From contig JAQUWY010000004.1 in assembly GCA_028692655.1 (NCBI GenBank), forward strand, positions 933-64,932: a stretch of 64,000 bases of DNA, read 5' to 3'. This document shows positions 8,678-21,642 of the stretch, piece after piece. The stretch's first letter is position 1; each line of letters starts with the position of its first letter. The position numbers and the translations under genes were made by a program. This DNA comes from Candidatus Omnitrophota bacterium (GTDB lineage: Bacteria; Omnitrophota; Gorgyraeia; Duberdicusellales; 4484-171). A model generated the notes under the pieces. It was not told where the DNA came from and ran no database searches. It was given only the letters and a program-made list of their open reading frames with translations.

Positions 8678-11128
8678 TTAGACTTCTTTTTCTTCCGGTA
8701 TAATCCTGGCAACACTGGAAAGCTTATCCCCTTTTTCCAAGTTAATGACTCTCACCCCTTGGGTGGAACGGCCCGATACTCTTATATCTTTAACTTTGCT
8801 TCTTATAAGAATACCTTTTTGGGTAATGCACATAACTTCATCCTGTGGCTCAACCAAGATGAGAGTTTTCACTTCTCCTATCTTGTCGGAAAGTTTAACA
8901 TTAATGACCCCTTTGCCGCCGCGGGTTTGAAGCCGGTATTCATTGACATGCGTCCTTTTTGCAAACCCATTAGATGTGGCCGTAAGCAGATAAGAATCTT
9001 TCTTTTTTATAGCTTGCTGGATAAGAGCCATCCCGAGAGCAGCATCCGCTTTACCCAGCCTTATTCCGCGCACGCCGCGAGACTGCCTGCCAGTAGAACG
9101 TATATCTTTCAGTTTAAATTTTATCGATAACCCCTTTTTTGTCGCCAGAATAACTTCGTCTTCTTCCTTGCTGACCGCCGCTCCGACTAAAGCGTCTCCG
9201 GCCTCAAGAGTTATAGCGACAATGCCGCTTTTACGAATATTCGAAAATAAATCCAGGGATGTTTTTTTAACCATGCCGTTTTTTGTAGCCATAAAAATAC
9301 AGCTTTCAGCATCAAATCCCTGGACAGCTAAAACCGTATTAACCTTTTCTTTACCGGTAAGATTCAGAACATTGACTATCGCCCTGCCCTTTGAAGTCCG
9401 CGAACCGGTGGGTATTTCGTAAGTCTTAAGGGGGTAGACTTTCCCTTCGTCGGTAAAAAATAAAAGGATATCTTTGCTCGAAGCAACAAACAGGTGTTCG
9501 ACAAAGTCTGCATCGCCAGTGCCCATGGCTGCTACGCCGCGGCCGCCTCTTCGCTGCTGCCGGTACGTAGTCAAAGGTATTCTCTTTATATAGCCTGTCC
9601 CGGTTATACTGACAACCATATCTTCTTCAACTATCAGGTCTTCAACCTCTATCTCTTCTTTGTCCGCTACGATTTCTGTACGCCGGGGGCTGGAAAACTT
9701 TTCTTTTACTTCCTTTAGCTCTTCCTTTATCAGATCTTCCTGTTTTTTCTCTGAGGCCAGTATTGATTTCAAATACTCTATGGTCTTAAGCAGCTGCAGG
9801 TATTCTTCTTCAATTTTTTTCCTTTCTAAAGCACAGAGCCGCTGAAGCTGCATTTCCAGAATCGCCTGGGTTTGAGCTTCTGATAATTTAAATGCTTTCA
9901 TTAAGGCGGCTTTTGCATCCTGAGGACTTTTGGATTTTTTGATTATTTCCACCACCCGGTCCAAAAATTTCAGGGCTATTTTTAAACCCTCTAAAATATG
10001 CGCCCGCCATTGAGCTTTATCGAGCTCAAACCGCGTCCTGCGAACAATCACTTCCTTGCGGAAATTGATGTGGTGGAAAAGCATCTCTTTTAGGTTCAGA
10101 GTCTGCGGTTTGCGGTTAACCAGACAGAGAAATATTGCCCCGAAAGTAGTCTCCATACTGGTGTGCTTATGCAGGCGGTTTAAAATAATATCTACCTGGC
10201 TGTCCCTCTTTAACTCAATGACTATTCTTATCCCGTCCTTATCGGATTCGTCTCTTAAATCGGATATGCCTTCAACTCGCTTGCTGTTGATAAGGTTGGC
10301 TATCTGTTCCATAAGAGTAGTTTTGTTCAGCTGATAGGGAATTTCGGTTACAATAATCTGGGTTTTGTTTTTTTCTCTCTCTATAGTAGTTTTAGCCCGG
10401 ACAGTAAGCTTGCCCCTCCCTTCTTTATACATATTCAGGATATCGTTCCTACCGCAAATAATTCCCCCCGTAGGAAAATCCGGGCCCCTTACGTACTTAT
10501 AAAGCTCTTTTATGGACGCCTGTGGTTTATCAATCAGATAAGCTATAGCGTTGCAGACTTCGTCTAAGTTGTGCGGCGGCATATTGGTAGCCATACCCAC
10601 GGCAATGCCGCTGGCTCCGTTCAAAAGCATATTGGGAATCACCGAAGGCAACACTTCCGGTTCCGTAAGCGAGTTGTCAAACGTAGGGAAAAAGTTAACG
10701 GTTTTTTTATCTATATCCTGAAGTATGTAATCGGTGATCCGTGACATTCTGGCCTCGGAATAACGCATAGCTGCCGGCGGGTCCCCGTCAATAGAGCCGA
10801 AGTTTCCCTGGCCGTTTATCAGCGGATAACGCAGAGAAAAATCCTGGGCCATTCTCACAAGGGCATCATAAACAGCCAAGTCTCCGTGCGGATGATATTT
10901 ACCCAAAGTTTCTCCCACTATTCTGGCACACTTTTTATGCGGCTGGTTGTAGCGCATATGCAGATCGTGCATAGCATAGAGAATTCTTCTTTGCACAGGT
11001 TTCAGGCCGTCGCGCACATCCGGAAGCGCTCTACCGACAATTACACTCATAGCGTAAGAAAGGTAGGATTCCTTCATCTCTTCTTCTAGATACTTATCGA
11101 TTATTTTTTCGTTTATTGGCTCTGTCAT
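8678..11128 (-). CDS. gyrA: DNA gyrase subunit A
   Basis: 816 aa. Includes the active-site region [10 protein letters not shown] and the C-terminal beta-pinwheel repeats. Confidence 0.97.
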   Translation of the reverse strand: MTEPINEKIIDKYLEEEMKESYLSYAMSVIVGRALPDVRDGLKPVQRRILYAMHDLHMRYNQPHKKCARIVGETLGKYHPHGDLAVYDALVRMAQDFSLRYPLINGQGNFGSIDGDPPAAMRYSEARMSRITDYILQDIDKKTVNFFPTFDNSLTEPEVLPSVIPNMLLNGASGIAVGMATNMPPHNLDEVCNAIAYLIDKPQASIKELYKYVRGPDFPTGGIICGRNDILNMYKEGRGKLTVRAKTTIEREKNKTQIIVTEIPYQLNKTTLMEQIANLINSKRVEGISDLRDESDKDGIRIVIELKRDSQVDIILNRLHKHTSMETTFGAIFLCLVNRKPQTLNLKEMLFHHINFRKEVIVRRTRFELDKAQWRAHILEGLKIALKFLDRVVEIIKKSKSPQDAKAALMKAFKLSEAQTQAILEMQLQRLCALERKKIEEEYLQLLKTIEYLKSILASEKKQEDLIKEELKEVKEKFSSPRRTEIVADKEEIEVEDLIVEEDMVVSITGTGYIKRIPLTTYRQQRRGGRGVAAMGTGDADFVEHLFVASSKDILLFFTDEGKVYPLKTYEIPTGSRTSKGRAIVNVLNLTGKEKVNTVLAVQGFDAESCIFMATKNGMVKKTSLDLFSNIRKSGIVAITLEAGDALVGAAVSKEEDEVILATKKGLSIKFKLKDIRSTGRQSRGVRGIRLGKADAALGMALIQQAIKKKDSYLLTATSNGFAKRTHVNEYRLQTRGGKGVINVKLSDKIGEVKTLILVEPQDEVMCITQKGILIRSKVKDIRVSGRSTQGVRVINLEKGDKLSSVARIIPEEKEV

Positions 11129-11171
11129 TTTCTTTTGGCCTCTTGCCCGCGGCTCCGCTCACTACCGCGGA

Positions 11172-13798
<2,627 letters not shown>

Positions 13799-14896
13799 TT
13801 ACATTTTCATTGGGAGGATTAAATACACGTAGTCTTTCTTCCGCAGTACAGCCGGCTTATCCGGCCCGGAGAAATACATACAAACCTCTTCCTCTTCTAA
13901 GTTTTTTAGGGCATCTGTGAGATAGTTAGGATTAAACCCTATATCTAAATGCGAGCCTTCATATTTAGCCTCTACCGCTTCCCGCACCTCTCCCAACTGA
14001 GGTGTGTGTTTGTAGATAACCACCCCTTCTTTTTTTAGTTCCATTTTTACACCCAGGTAGTCAGAAGTTGTTAATATACTAGCCCGTTTTAGTGCAAAAA
14101 GTAATTTCTTTCTATTAATAAAAAGCCTCTCTTTAGTTTCCTGTGGGATATATTGTTTGTAATTAGGGAATTCTCCTTCCAATGGCCGGGCAATAAATTG
14201 CACCCCCTCTATATCAAATCCCACTCTATTATCTTCAGTAAACATATACAAATTTCCTTCCCGTTCTTTTGTTATCTTGTGTAATTCAGCCACAGCTTTT
14301 ATAGGTAGAATAAAAGATATTTTAGTTTTTACCTCTGGCTGGTCGCTAGGTAAATTCTTTTGTATGTAGGCTAAGCGCTTCCCGTCTGTGGCCGCCAAAC
14401 TAATCGCGGACTCACATACCTCAAATAATACCCCGCCTAAAACATAACTATTATCGTCGTACCCCACACAAAAGGATGTAAGCTTAAGCATTTCTTCCAG
14501 GACGTTCGCTTCGAGTTTTATTAGTGACGTCTCTTTTGGCTCTGGAGCTACAGGGAAATCTTCGGCGTTTATTGTATTCACTTTAAATTCAACTTTTTCA
14601 CACCTTATAGAGAGGTTACTCTTTATTGTTTCTACGGTTACATCTCCGGAAGGTAGCTCTCTGATAATAGATAGAAACCTTTTTATGGGGATAGCAACCC
14701 TTCCGGGTTCTTTAATATTGGCTTTTTGTTTTATTGATATAGCCAAATCAAGATCTGTAGTGGTAAGTTTTAGATAGTCACCTTCACCAACAATTAAAAC
14801 ACAACTTAAGGAGGGGATATTTTGTTTTGTTGTGGCGGGACCAAGAACGATTTGCAGCACTGTTACTAATATCTCTTTATTAATAATAAACTTCAT
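13799..14896 (-). CDS. dnaN: DNA polymerase III beta sliding clamp
   Basis: 365 aa with the three-domain clamp architecture, immediately downstream of dnaA. Confidence 0.9.
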   Translation of the reverse strand: MKFIINKEILVTVLQIVLGPATTKQNIPSLSCVLIVGEGDYLKLTTTDLDLAISIKQKANIKEPGRVAIPIKRFLSIIRELPSGDVTVETIKSNLSIRCEKVEFKVNTINAEDFPVAPEPKETSLIKLEANVLEEMLKLTSFCVGYDDNSYVLGGVLFEVCESAISLAATDGKRLAYIQKNLPSDQPEVKTKISFILPIKAVAELHKITKEREGNLYMFTEDNRVGFDIEGVQFIARPLEGEFPNYKQYIPQETKERLFINRKKLLFALKRASILTTSDYLGVKMELKKEGVVIYKHTPQLGEVREAVEAKYEGSHLDIGFNPNYLTDALKNLEEEEVCMYFSGPDKPAVLRKKDYVYLILPMKM

Positions 14897-14991
14897 AGTA
14901 GCTTTAGTAGTATTACCTGTGGAAATTGTTATAAGTGAAGATATTGTATCAAAACCAAAGATAAAAACAAATATTTATTTTTCAAAACCTG

Positions 14992-16326
14992 TTAAAAACT
15001 TTTAATTTCCTGTGAAAGGCTGTCAATAGTAAGTTTAAGCTTGTTATTTTTCTCTATATCCGCCTTCATCTTCTTGCAAGCGTAAAGAATTGTTGTGTGA
15101 TGCTTAGCGCCGAATACCCCCCCTATTTCCGGCAGAGACAGCTCAGTTAATTCCCGGATTAAAAACATCGCAATTTGGCGCGGGAGCACAATGGTTTTAT
15201 TGCGTTTATTTTTTTTTAGCTCTTCTTTTGAAACGTTAAAGTGTTTTCCTACCCGGTCAAGAATATTCTCAGGAGTTATGCGCTTGAAAATTTCTTTTAC
15301 CATATCTTTTAAGATTTCTTTTGCCAAGCTTAAAGTGATGGGTTTATTTTCTACCACAGAATACGCTATAATTCTTACCAAAGCACCTTCTAGTTCCCGG
15401 ATATTGGTGGTGATATTTTCGGCTATAAAAGAAATCACTTCGGGGTCGATTTTAATGGGGTCCTTCTCAAGTTTTTTTTGCAGAATAGCAACTCTTGTTT
15501 CAAAATCCGGAGGCTGAATGTCGACAACTAAGCCCCAGTTAAAACGGGACACAAGACGTTCCTCCAGCTTTGGTATTTCTTTCGGAGGTTTGTCAGAAGA
15601 AACTATAATTTGCTTATGGTAGTCATAAAGAACATTAAAGGTGTGGAAAAACTCTTCCTGGGCGGCCTCTTTGCCGGCTAAGAACTGGACATCGTCGATC
15701 AATAAGACATCTATCTCCCGGTATTTCGCGCGGAATTTATCAGTTGTGCGCGTGCGTATAGAATAGATCAACTCATTTGTAAATTTTTCCGACGAGGTGT
15801 ATTTAACCTTTAAGTTTTGCTTACTGCTTAGCGCTTGGTGCGCGATAGCCTGCATAACGTGAGTTTTTCCCAAACCCACTCCTCCATAAATAAATAAAGG
15901 GTTGTAAGATTTACCGGGTGCGTTTGCGACAGCTAATGCGGCGGCATGGGCCATTCGGTTGGAAGAGCCGATAACAAAAGCATCGAAGGTAAAGCGTGCA
16001 TTGAGGCGTAATGAGTCCTGAGGTTCTTCACGGAAACTTTTTTGTATGGTGCGCAACAATTTGTTGGTTTTACGCTGCAGTAGATTAGGGTTCACTTCCA
16101 GAATAATTTCTAGGTCTTTTTCTCCGCTTTCCTGCAGGGCGTTTTTTATATGGACAAGGTAGTTTGATTCTACCCAGCTTTTGAAGAAACCGTCAGGGGC
16201 TTCCAGCGTGATAGATGACTGGCTTATTTTCTTAACCCCTAAAGGGGCTATCCAGGTATCAAAGGAAGTCTCTCCCAAAAGAGACCGAAGTGTTTCTTTG
16301 CAGGTTTGCCAAATTTGGTCAGTCAT
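14992..16326 (-). CDS. dnaA: chromosomal replication initiator DnaA
   Basis: 444 aa with the AAA+ Walker A motif GGVGLGKTH and the C-terminal DNA-binding domain (VGGVFGAKHHTTILYACKK). Confidence 0.97.
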   Translation of the reverse strand: MTDQIWQTCKETLRSLLGETSFDTWIAPLGVKKISQSSITLEAPDGFFKSWVESNYLVHIKNALQESGEKDLEIILEVNPNLLQRKTNKLLRTIQKSFREEPQDSLRLNARFTFDAFVIGSSNRMAHAAALAVANAPGKSYNPLFIYGGVGLGKTHVMQAIAHQALSSKQNLKVKYTSSEKFTNELIYSIRTRTTDKFRAKYREIDVLLIDDVQFLAGKEAAQEEFFHTFNVLYDYHKQIIVSSDKPPKEIPKLEERLVSRFNWGLVVDIQPPDFETRVAILQKKLEKDPIKIDPEVISFIAENITTNIRELEGALVRIIAYSVVENKPITLSLAKEILKDMVKEIFKRITPENILDRVGKHFNVSKEELKKNKRNKTIVLPRQIAMFLIRELTELSLPEIGGVFGAKHHTTILYACKKMKADIEKNNKLKLTIDSLSQEIKSF

Positions 16327-16538
16327 TATTAGGGTAATTCACACAACTCACAACTTATTCACATTTCCCGGGAAGTGGAAATTATTATACCGTAATATCG
16401 CTGCTTTGCAATGTTTTTTAGCTTTTTGAATGCAAGTGCCGAAGTGATTTTGAGAAAAGAGCGAGGCTCAAAAAAGAACCACCCAGTCAGGATTTTTTCG
16501 GCAAGAGCAGGTAAGGTAATAGAATAAGCTTTTTGTAG

Positions 16539-16566
16539 TTGACACCTATCTATTATATGCTACAAT
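16539..16566 (+). promoter_or_regulatory. sigma70-type promoter upstream of rpmH
   Basis: TTGACA (16539-16544), a 16-nt spacer, then TACAAT (16561-16566), 8 nt before the rpmH ATG. Confidence 0.5.
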
Positions 16567-16573
16567 TTCACCT

Positions 16574-16711
16574 ATGAAAAAGAACTTTAAAACACCTACA
16601 AAAGTTAAAGGTAAGCGCAAGCATGGGTTTAGAGCAAGGAAAGCTACCGCCGGCGGCAGAAAAGTTTTGAAACGGCGAAGAAATAAAGGAAGAGCTAAGC
16701 TTACGGTATGA
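16574..16711 (+). CDS. rpmH: 50S ribosomal protein L34
   Basis: 45 aa, [45 protein letters not shown]. Too short for the ORF track. Its stop overlaps the yidD start (GTATGA). Confidence 0.9.
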   Translation: MKKNFKTPTKVKGKRKHGFRARKATAGGRKVLKRRRNKGRAKLTV

Positions 16712-16914
16712 GGCGGCTGCTATTAGTTTGCTTAAATTGGTATCAACGCTTTTCCAAGCTTTTCAGGCCCCACTGTATTTATATCCCGACATGCTCTGAA
16801 TACGCCAAGCAGGCCTTTAGCCGATACCCTTTATATAAAGCTTTTTATTTAACCGGAAGACGAATTTTGCGTTGTAACCCTTTGTCCAAGGGTGGTTTAG
16901 ATCCTCTACCTTAG
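16708..16914 (+). CDS. yidD: membrane protein insertion efficiency factor YidD
   Basis: 68 aa with the conserved motif [11 protein letters not shown]. Confidence 0.85.
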   Translation: MRRLLLVCLNWYQRFSKLFRPHCIYIPTCSEYAKQAFSRYPLYKAFYLTGRRILRCNPLSKGGLDPLP

Positions 16915-16918
16915 AATT

Positions 16919-18352
16919 ATGGAAAAAAGATTATTTATTGCTTTTTTTGCTACGCTGGTTTTTATGACGGCTTGGATGTATTTTTCGCCTAAACCAATAC
17001 AGGAGAAAATTGCCCAACAGCCGGTCATCTCAGCTAACGCGCCTGAAAATAAATTTTTAAAACCCTCCCAGAATATTCAATTTGAACACCCCGAAGAAAG
17101 CGCTCTGCCAACAGCAAATATAGGAAATGTTTCTATAACTTATTCTCCCAAAGGCGGTTACTTGAGGTTATTGTCCATAAAAGGAAACGCGGAACCCTTG
17201 TTTTTTGAAAATATAGGCTTTAGGCCTGAAGATGAAAATACTATTTATAATGCCGCGGTTGATGGGAATAAGTTGATTTTTAAAGCTGGCGGCGGCAAAA
17301 AAAAGGTTTTTTCATTTAATAAATACCTTTTAGAAATTAATGTGGAGCCTCACCCGGCTGGGCCGATGCTTATTTTTTCTAACAATCTGAAATCAAGCGG
17401 GTTAGACCAAAGATACCAAGAAGTTTTTTCCTCTAAGGAAGGAGCTATCAAGCGGAATGCTCCCAAAAAGACAAAGAACCAAAGCCTGGAGAAGGTGGAT
17501 TTCGCCGGGGCTCGAGATAGATATTACTGTATTTCTCTGGTAAAGGGCAGCTACGATATACAATGGGAAAAGAGCAGCGAAACCGCCGGGCTTTACTTGT
17601 CAAATATCAATGGACCGGTGAGCGTCTATATCGGGCCGCAAACCGAAAAAGAGTTAGAACCTTATGGTTTGCAAAAGATTATGTATTACGGATTTTTTCA
17701 TGCCATAGGGATGTTGATGGTGAAAATCCTTTATATCTTTTACGCTTTGACTAAAAGTTGGGGCTTAAGCATAATTCTATTTGCTGTGACGATCTATGGA
17801 GTGCTTTTCCCCTTTACCATGAAAAGCACCCAAGCAATGCGCAAAATGCAGCAGATACAGCCATATGTGGAAGAGCTAAAAACGAAATTTAAAGATAACC
17901 CTCAAAAAATACAAAAAGAGACTCTCCAGCTATATCGTAAATATAAAGTGAACCCCTTAGGGGGGTGTTTGCCTTTATTTTTGCAGTTCCCTATTTTTAT
18001 TGCCCTCTACCAAGTTTTATTTAGGTTTACAGGCCTCAAAGGAGCTAGCTTTTTATGGATTAAAGATTTGTCTTTGCCGGACAGGCTCATAAAACTGCCG
18101 TTTGACATCCCCTTTTTAGGGCAGTATTTAAACGTTTTGCCTTTGGCCATTATGGTGGTAGGGCTTATTCAGCAGAAGATAACCACTTCCACCAAGGCTG
18201 CTTCTGAACAAAAGTCTATGGGGATTTTCTTTTCTTTATTCTTAGGGATTATTTTCTATAATTTTCCTTCAAGTTTGGTCCTCTACTGGTTCGTTCAAAA
18301 TGCTCTCACTCTCCTCTACCAGTTCCGGATAAGCAAAAAAACTGTGTTATAA
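16919..18352 (+). CDS. yidC: membrane protein insertase YidC
   Basis: 477 aa with an N-terminal TM helix, a periplasmic domain and the C-terminal five-TM 60-kDa inner-membrane-protein domain. Confidence 0.9.
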   Translation: MEKRLFIAFFATLVFMTAWMYFSPKPIQEKIAQQPVISANAPENKFLKPSQNIQFEHPEESALPTANIGNVSITYSPKGGYLRLLSIKGNAEPLFFENIGFRPEDENTIYNAAVDGNKLIFKAGGGKKKVFSFNKYLLEINVEPHPAGPMLIFSNNLKSSGLDQRYQEVFSSKEGAIKRNAPKKTKNQSLEKVDFAGARDRYYCISLVKGSYDIQWEKSSETAGLYLSNINGPVSVYIGPQTEKELEPYGLQKIMYYGFFHAIGMLMVKILYIFYALTKSWGLSIILFAVTIYGVLFPFTMKSTQAMRKMQQIQPYVEELKTKFKDNPQKIQKETLQLYRKYKVNPLGGCLPLFLQFPIFIALYQVLFRFTGLKGASFLWIKDLSLPDRLIKLPFDIPFLGQYLNVLPLAIMVVGLIQQKITTSTKAASEQKSMGIFFSLFLGIIFYNFPSSLVLYWFVQNALTLLYQFRISKKTVL

Positions 18353-18370
18353 ATTAGGGACAGCCGGAGC

Positions 18371-18386
18371 GTTTTCACGTGAAAAC
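18371..18386. promoter_or_regulatory. parS-like palindrome 1 (GTTTTCACGTGAAAAC)
   Basis: Perfect 16-bp palindrome. The central TTCACGTGAA is identical to canonical parS (TGTTTCACGTGAAACA). Confidence 0.7.
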
Positions 18387-18422
18387 GTAAGGAAAAACGC
18401 AATACAGGCATATACTATTTAG

Positions 18423-18438
18423 GTTTTCACGTGAAAAC
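18423..18438. promoter_or_regulatory. parS-like palindrome 2 (GTTTTCACGTGAAAAC)
   Basis: Identical 16-mer, 52 bp from copy 1. Confidence 0.7.
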
Positions 18439-18643
18439 AGCAATACCATTCCAGACAGCGAATCGGTTTTGTGAGTATGCTGACAGCTTGACGCTTTTGC
18501 TATTTTGGATTTGGGTTTTTATGTTCTCGCTGTCTTTTAAATTTTCAGCTTTTCGTTTTCTATTTTTTGGCACATTTCTCCTAAGAAGTTGCTAAAAAGG
18601 CAGAGAACTGTACAGCAAGTAGCAGGATAAACTACAAAAACCT

Positions 18644-18672
18644 TGACAATATCAGTTCCTTGGTATTACAAT
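18644..18672 (+). promoter_or_regulatory. sigma70-type promoter of parAB
   Basis: TTGACA (18644-18649), a 17-nt spacer, then TACAAT (18667-18672). The third parS sits about 10 bp downstream. Confidence 0.5.
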
Positions 18673-18682
18673 AAGACAATGC

Positions 18683-18698
18683 GTTTTCACGTGAAAAC
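18683..18698. promoter_or_regulatory. parS-like palindrome 3 (GTTTTCACGTGAAAAC)
   Basis: Identical 16-mer overlapping the predicted parAB transcription start region. Confidence 0.7.
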
Positions 18699-18736
18699 GC
18701 AGCCACTCTAATATAACAGATTTGAAAACTTCATAA

Positions 18737-19528
18737 ATGAGCAAAATTATAGGCGTTTGTAACCAAAAAGGCGGTACCGGGAAAACTACCACTGCTATTA
18801 ACTTAAGCGCTTATTTAGGCTTGGCCGGCTATAAAACTCTCCTTGTTGATATGGATCCTCAAGGGAATGCTACTTCAGGAGTAGGTTTTGACTCTCAAGG
18901 TAAAAACTCAACTTACAATATCGTTATGGGCGAGGCGGATCCCAGAGAGAGCGTCTATGCTACTCAGTGGCCCAATCTTTTCGTAATACCTTCAGATATT
19001 TCTTTGACTGGCGGGGAAGTGGAATTAGTGGGGGTCTTCCAAAGAGAAATCCGGTTGAAAGAGGAGTTGGCAAAAATAAAGGAAGAGTTTTCCTATATAA
19101 TCATTGATGCCCCACCTTCTTTGGGACTTCTTACGGTTAATGTTTTAGCGGCTTCCGACAGCTTGATTATACCTATCCAATGCGAATATTATGCTTTGGA
19201 AGGAGTATCTAAATTAGTAAATACTATTGAATTAATTCAATCCCGGTTGAACCCCTCCTTAGAAATAGAAGGGATATTGTTAACTATGGCAGATTTTAGG
19301 ACCCGCTTGACTTTACAAGTTATTGATGAAGTAAGAAAGTTTTTCCAGAAAAGAACATGTGAAGTGATCGTTCCTCGCAATGTTAAGCTTGCTGAAGCTC
19401 CAAGTTTTGGCAAGCCCATTCACGCTTATGATCCTGCTTGCGTGGGAGCTAGGGCGTATTTAAAATTAACCGAGAGCCTGCTAAAAGAGAATCTTGAAGC
19501 CGGCCAATTGGCAAAAGAGAGGAGTTAG
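18737..19528 (+). CDS. parA: chromosome partitioning ATPase ParA/Soj
   Basis: 263 aa with the deviant Walker A motif KGGTGKTT. Confidence 0.93.
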   Translation: MSKIIGVCNQKGGTGKTTTAINLSAYLGLAGYKTLLVDMDPQGNATSGVGFDSQGKNSTYNIVMGEADPRESVYATQWPNLFVIPSDISLTGGEVELVGVFQREIRLKEELAKIKEEFSYIIIDAPPSLGLLTVNVLAASDSLIIPIQCEYYALEGVSKLVNTIELIQSRLNPSLEIEGILLTMADFRTRLTLQVIDEVRKFFQKRTCEVIVPRNVKLAEAPSFGKPIHAYDPACVGARAYLKLTESLLKENLEAGQLAKERS

Positions 19529-19529
19529 C

Positions 19530-20363
19530 ATGACCATACAGAGAAAAGTTCTTGGTAAGGGGCTAGATGCCTTGATTCCCAAAAAGACAACCGCAATACT
19601 ACCTAAGGAGTTTGTTTATATGTCTTTGCAGGATGTCTGCCCGGCTAAAAATCAACCCCGTCAATCAATCGATACTAAAGAGTTAGAAGAACTAGCAGCA
19701 TCAATCAAGGAAAAAGGCTTTTTACAGCCGATAATCGTGCGCAAGATAAATGCGCAACAATATGAAGTGGTGGCAGGTGAGAGAAGGTATCAAGCCGCTA
19801 AGTCATTGGAGCTCAAGGAGATACCAACGATAATCAAGGATGTGAATGAAAAGGACGCTTTCATCTTAGCTATAATTGAAAATCTCCAGAGAAAAGATTT
19901 AAACCCTATAGAGGAAGGCCAAGCTTTTAAGCGCTTGATGGAGGAGCTTAATTTTTCTCTGGAAGAAATAGGCCAGTTTGTAGGTAAGGACAAAACCACA
20001 GTGGTTAATTCATTGCGGCTGCTTAAACTGCCGGATATCATTCAGAACGCTCTTCGCCAAGGCAGACTGACCAGGACACAAGCCCGGACTATTGCCGGGG
20101 TGGTAACTCCCCAGGCCCAGGAAAAACTTTTCCACCAGATTTTAAACGGAGCTATGACAGTAAGAGATATTGAAAAGAGTGCCCGCAGTTTGCGGGCCCG
20201 GAAGAAACCGGCTGACCCTTTTGTCTTAGAAGCCGAGGAAAAATTACAGAAAGCCCTCGGGACTAAGGTAAAATTATTTAATAAAAAAAATAATAAGGGA
20301 AGAATTGTCATCGAGTATTACACGCTAAAAGATTTGGAAAGGATTACCAGGAGGATTGGATGA
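19530..20363 (+). CDS. parB: chromosome partitioning protein ParB/Spo0J
   Basis: Start chosen at the ATG at 19530, preceded by AAGAGAGGAG. Shows the ParB-box/HTH (GERRYQAAK) and the C-terminal dimerisation domain. Confidence 0.92.
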   Translation: MTIQRKVLGKGLDALIPKKTTAILPKEFVYMSLQDVCPAKNQPRQSIDTKELEELAASIKEKGFLQPIIVRKINAQQYEVVAGERRYQAAKSLELKEIPTIIKDVNEKDAFILAIIENLQRKDLNPIEEGQAFKRLMEELNFSLEEIGQFVGKDKTTVVNSLRLLKLPDIIQNALRQGRLTRTQARTIAGVVTPQAQEKLFHQILNGAMTVRDIEKSARSLRARKKPADPFVLEAEEKLQKALGTKVKLFNKKNNKGRIVIEYYTLKDLERITRRIG

Positions 20364-20866
20364 AGAACCAGGCGACATTAGTTATCATAAAACCCGACGG
20401 GCTGAAAAAATCTCTAACTGGAAACATACTTAGCCGGCTTTCTGAAACGAAGCTGAAAATAATCGGGGCCAAAGTCCTTCAGGTAAACAAAAGTCTCGCG
20501 GATAAGCACTATCAACACTTAAAAGGCAAGCCCTTTTATCCTGAACTGGAAAAGTATATTACGGGACAGATGCACGGCGACAATAGGGTTATGGCTTTAG
20601 TTTACTGGGGCCCGAATGCGATTTCGAAAATCCGCAGCATAGCCGGAGCTACAAACCCGGAAGAAGCTGACCCGGTTAGTATCAGGGGAGCTTATGGCAG
20701 GATATTGACCAGCGGCCTTTTTGAAAATGTCGTCCATGCCTCAAGCAGTGACGAGGAAGCTGAAAGAGAAATAAAGCTTTGGTTTGGGCCAAGCGAAATA
20801 GTCCAAGAACTCTATCCTGCAAAAAACATAGCTGTCGCTAATGACGAAAGGAGAGTGTGGGAATGA
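20360..20866 (+). CDS. ndk: nucleoside diphosphate kinase
   Basis: 168 aa with the NDK fold and active-site region NVVHASSSDEEAEREIKLWF. Confidence 0.85.
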   Translation: MKNQATLVIIKPDGLKKSLTGNILSRLSETKLKIIGAKVLQVNKSLADKHYQHLKGKPFYPELEKYITGQMHGDNRVMALVYWGPNAISKIRSIAGATNPEEADPVSIRGAYGRILTSGLFENVVHASSSDEEAEREIKLWFGPSEIVQELYPAKNIAVANDERRVWE

Positions 20867-21642
20867 AATCAATGACTGCTTATGCGGCTGCTTCCAGCAA
20901 CAGGGATTCTTATTCTCTGCAGGTAATCATAAGGTCAAACAATTTCAAATATCTGGATATAGCGGTAAGAAATCTGCCGGCAGAGGATATCTTGTTGGAG
21001 GAGGCAGTAAAAAAAGAAATAAAGAGAAAAATTCTCAGGGGTAAAATAGAAGCCTTTGTGTTTATCACCCGGCCGCCGGCCTCTAAAATATGCATAGATA
21101 AAAAAGCTGTAGGAAGCTATGTTTCCCAAATGAGGGCACTGGCTAAAAAATACAACCTCAGCTCAAGCATTCAGATAGGGGATATATTGCGCCTGCCGCA
21201 GGCGGTTTTCTGCGCGGCAAAATCAGCCAGCCCCAGGGAATTGGTAATGCCGGTTTTACGCAAAGCTTTAGCCAGTCTCTTGGAGTTTAAAATTAAAGAG
21301 GGTAAAGCCATAAAAAAACAAATGTTGAGTAATTTAGGAAAGCTAAAAAGAAATACCGAAAAAATCACAAAATATAAACCAGCTGCCGGCGCAAGAGAAA
21401 ACGGCAAAGAAGACATAGACGAAGAACTTTCGCTTATGAAATTTTACCTGGGAAAATTGGGAAAGAAAATTAACTCTAAGGAAAAACCCAAAGGTAAATC
21501 CATAGATTTTTTGACACAGGAAATATTAAGAGAGTTGAACGCAGCTTCCAGTAAGACCAGGAAGAAAACATCTTCTCTTTTAATAGTTGAAGCGAAAAAC
21601 TATCTGGAGCGGATCAGGGAACAGGCCCAGAATATAGAATGA
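20863..21642 (+). CDS. yicC: YicC family stress-induced protein (DUF1732)
   Basis: MKSMTAYAAAS N-terminus and the C-terminal ...ERIREQAQNIE tail typical of YicC. The ATG overlaps the ndk stop (ATGA). Confidence 0.8.
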   Translation: MKSMTAYAAASSNRDSYSLQVIIRSNNFKYLDIAVRNLPAEDILLEEAVKKEIKRKILRGKIEAFVFITRPPASKICIDKKAVGSYVSQMRALAKKYNLSSSIQIGDILRLPQAVFCAAKSASPRELVMPVLRKALASLLEFKIKEGKAIKKQMLSNLGKLKRNTEKITKYKPAAGARENGKEDIDEELSLMKFYLGKLGKKINSKEKPKGKSIDFLTQEILRELNAASSKTRKKTSSLLIVEAKNYLERIREQAQNIE

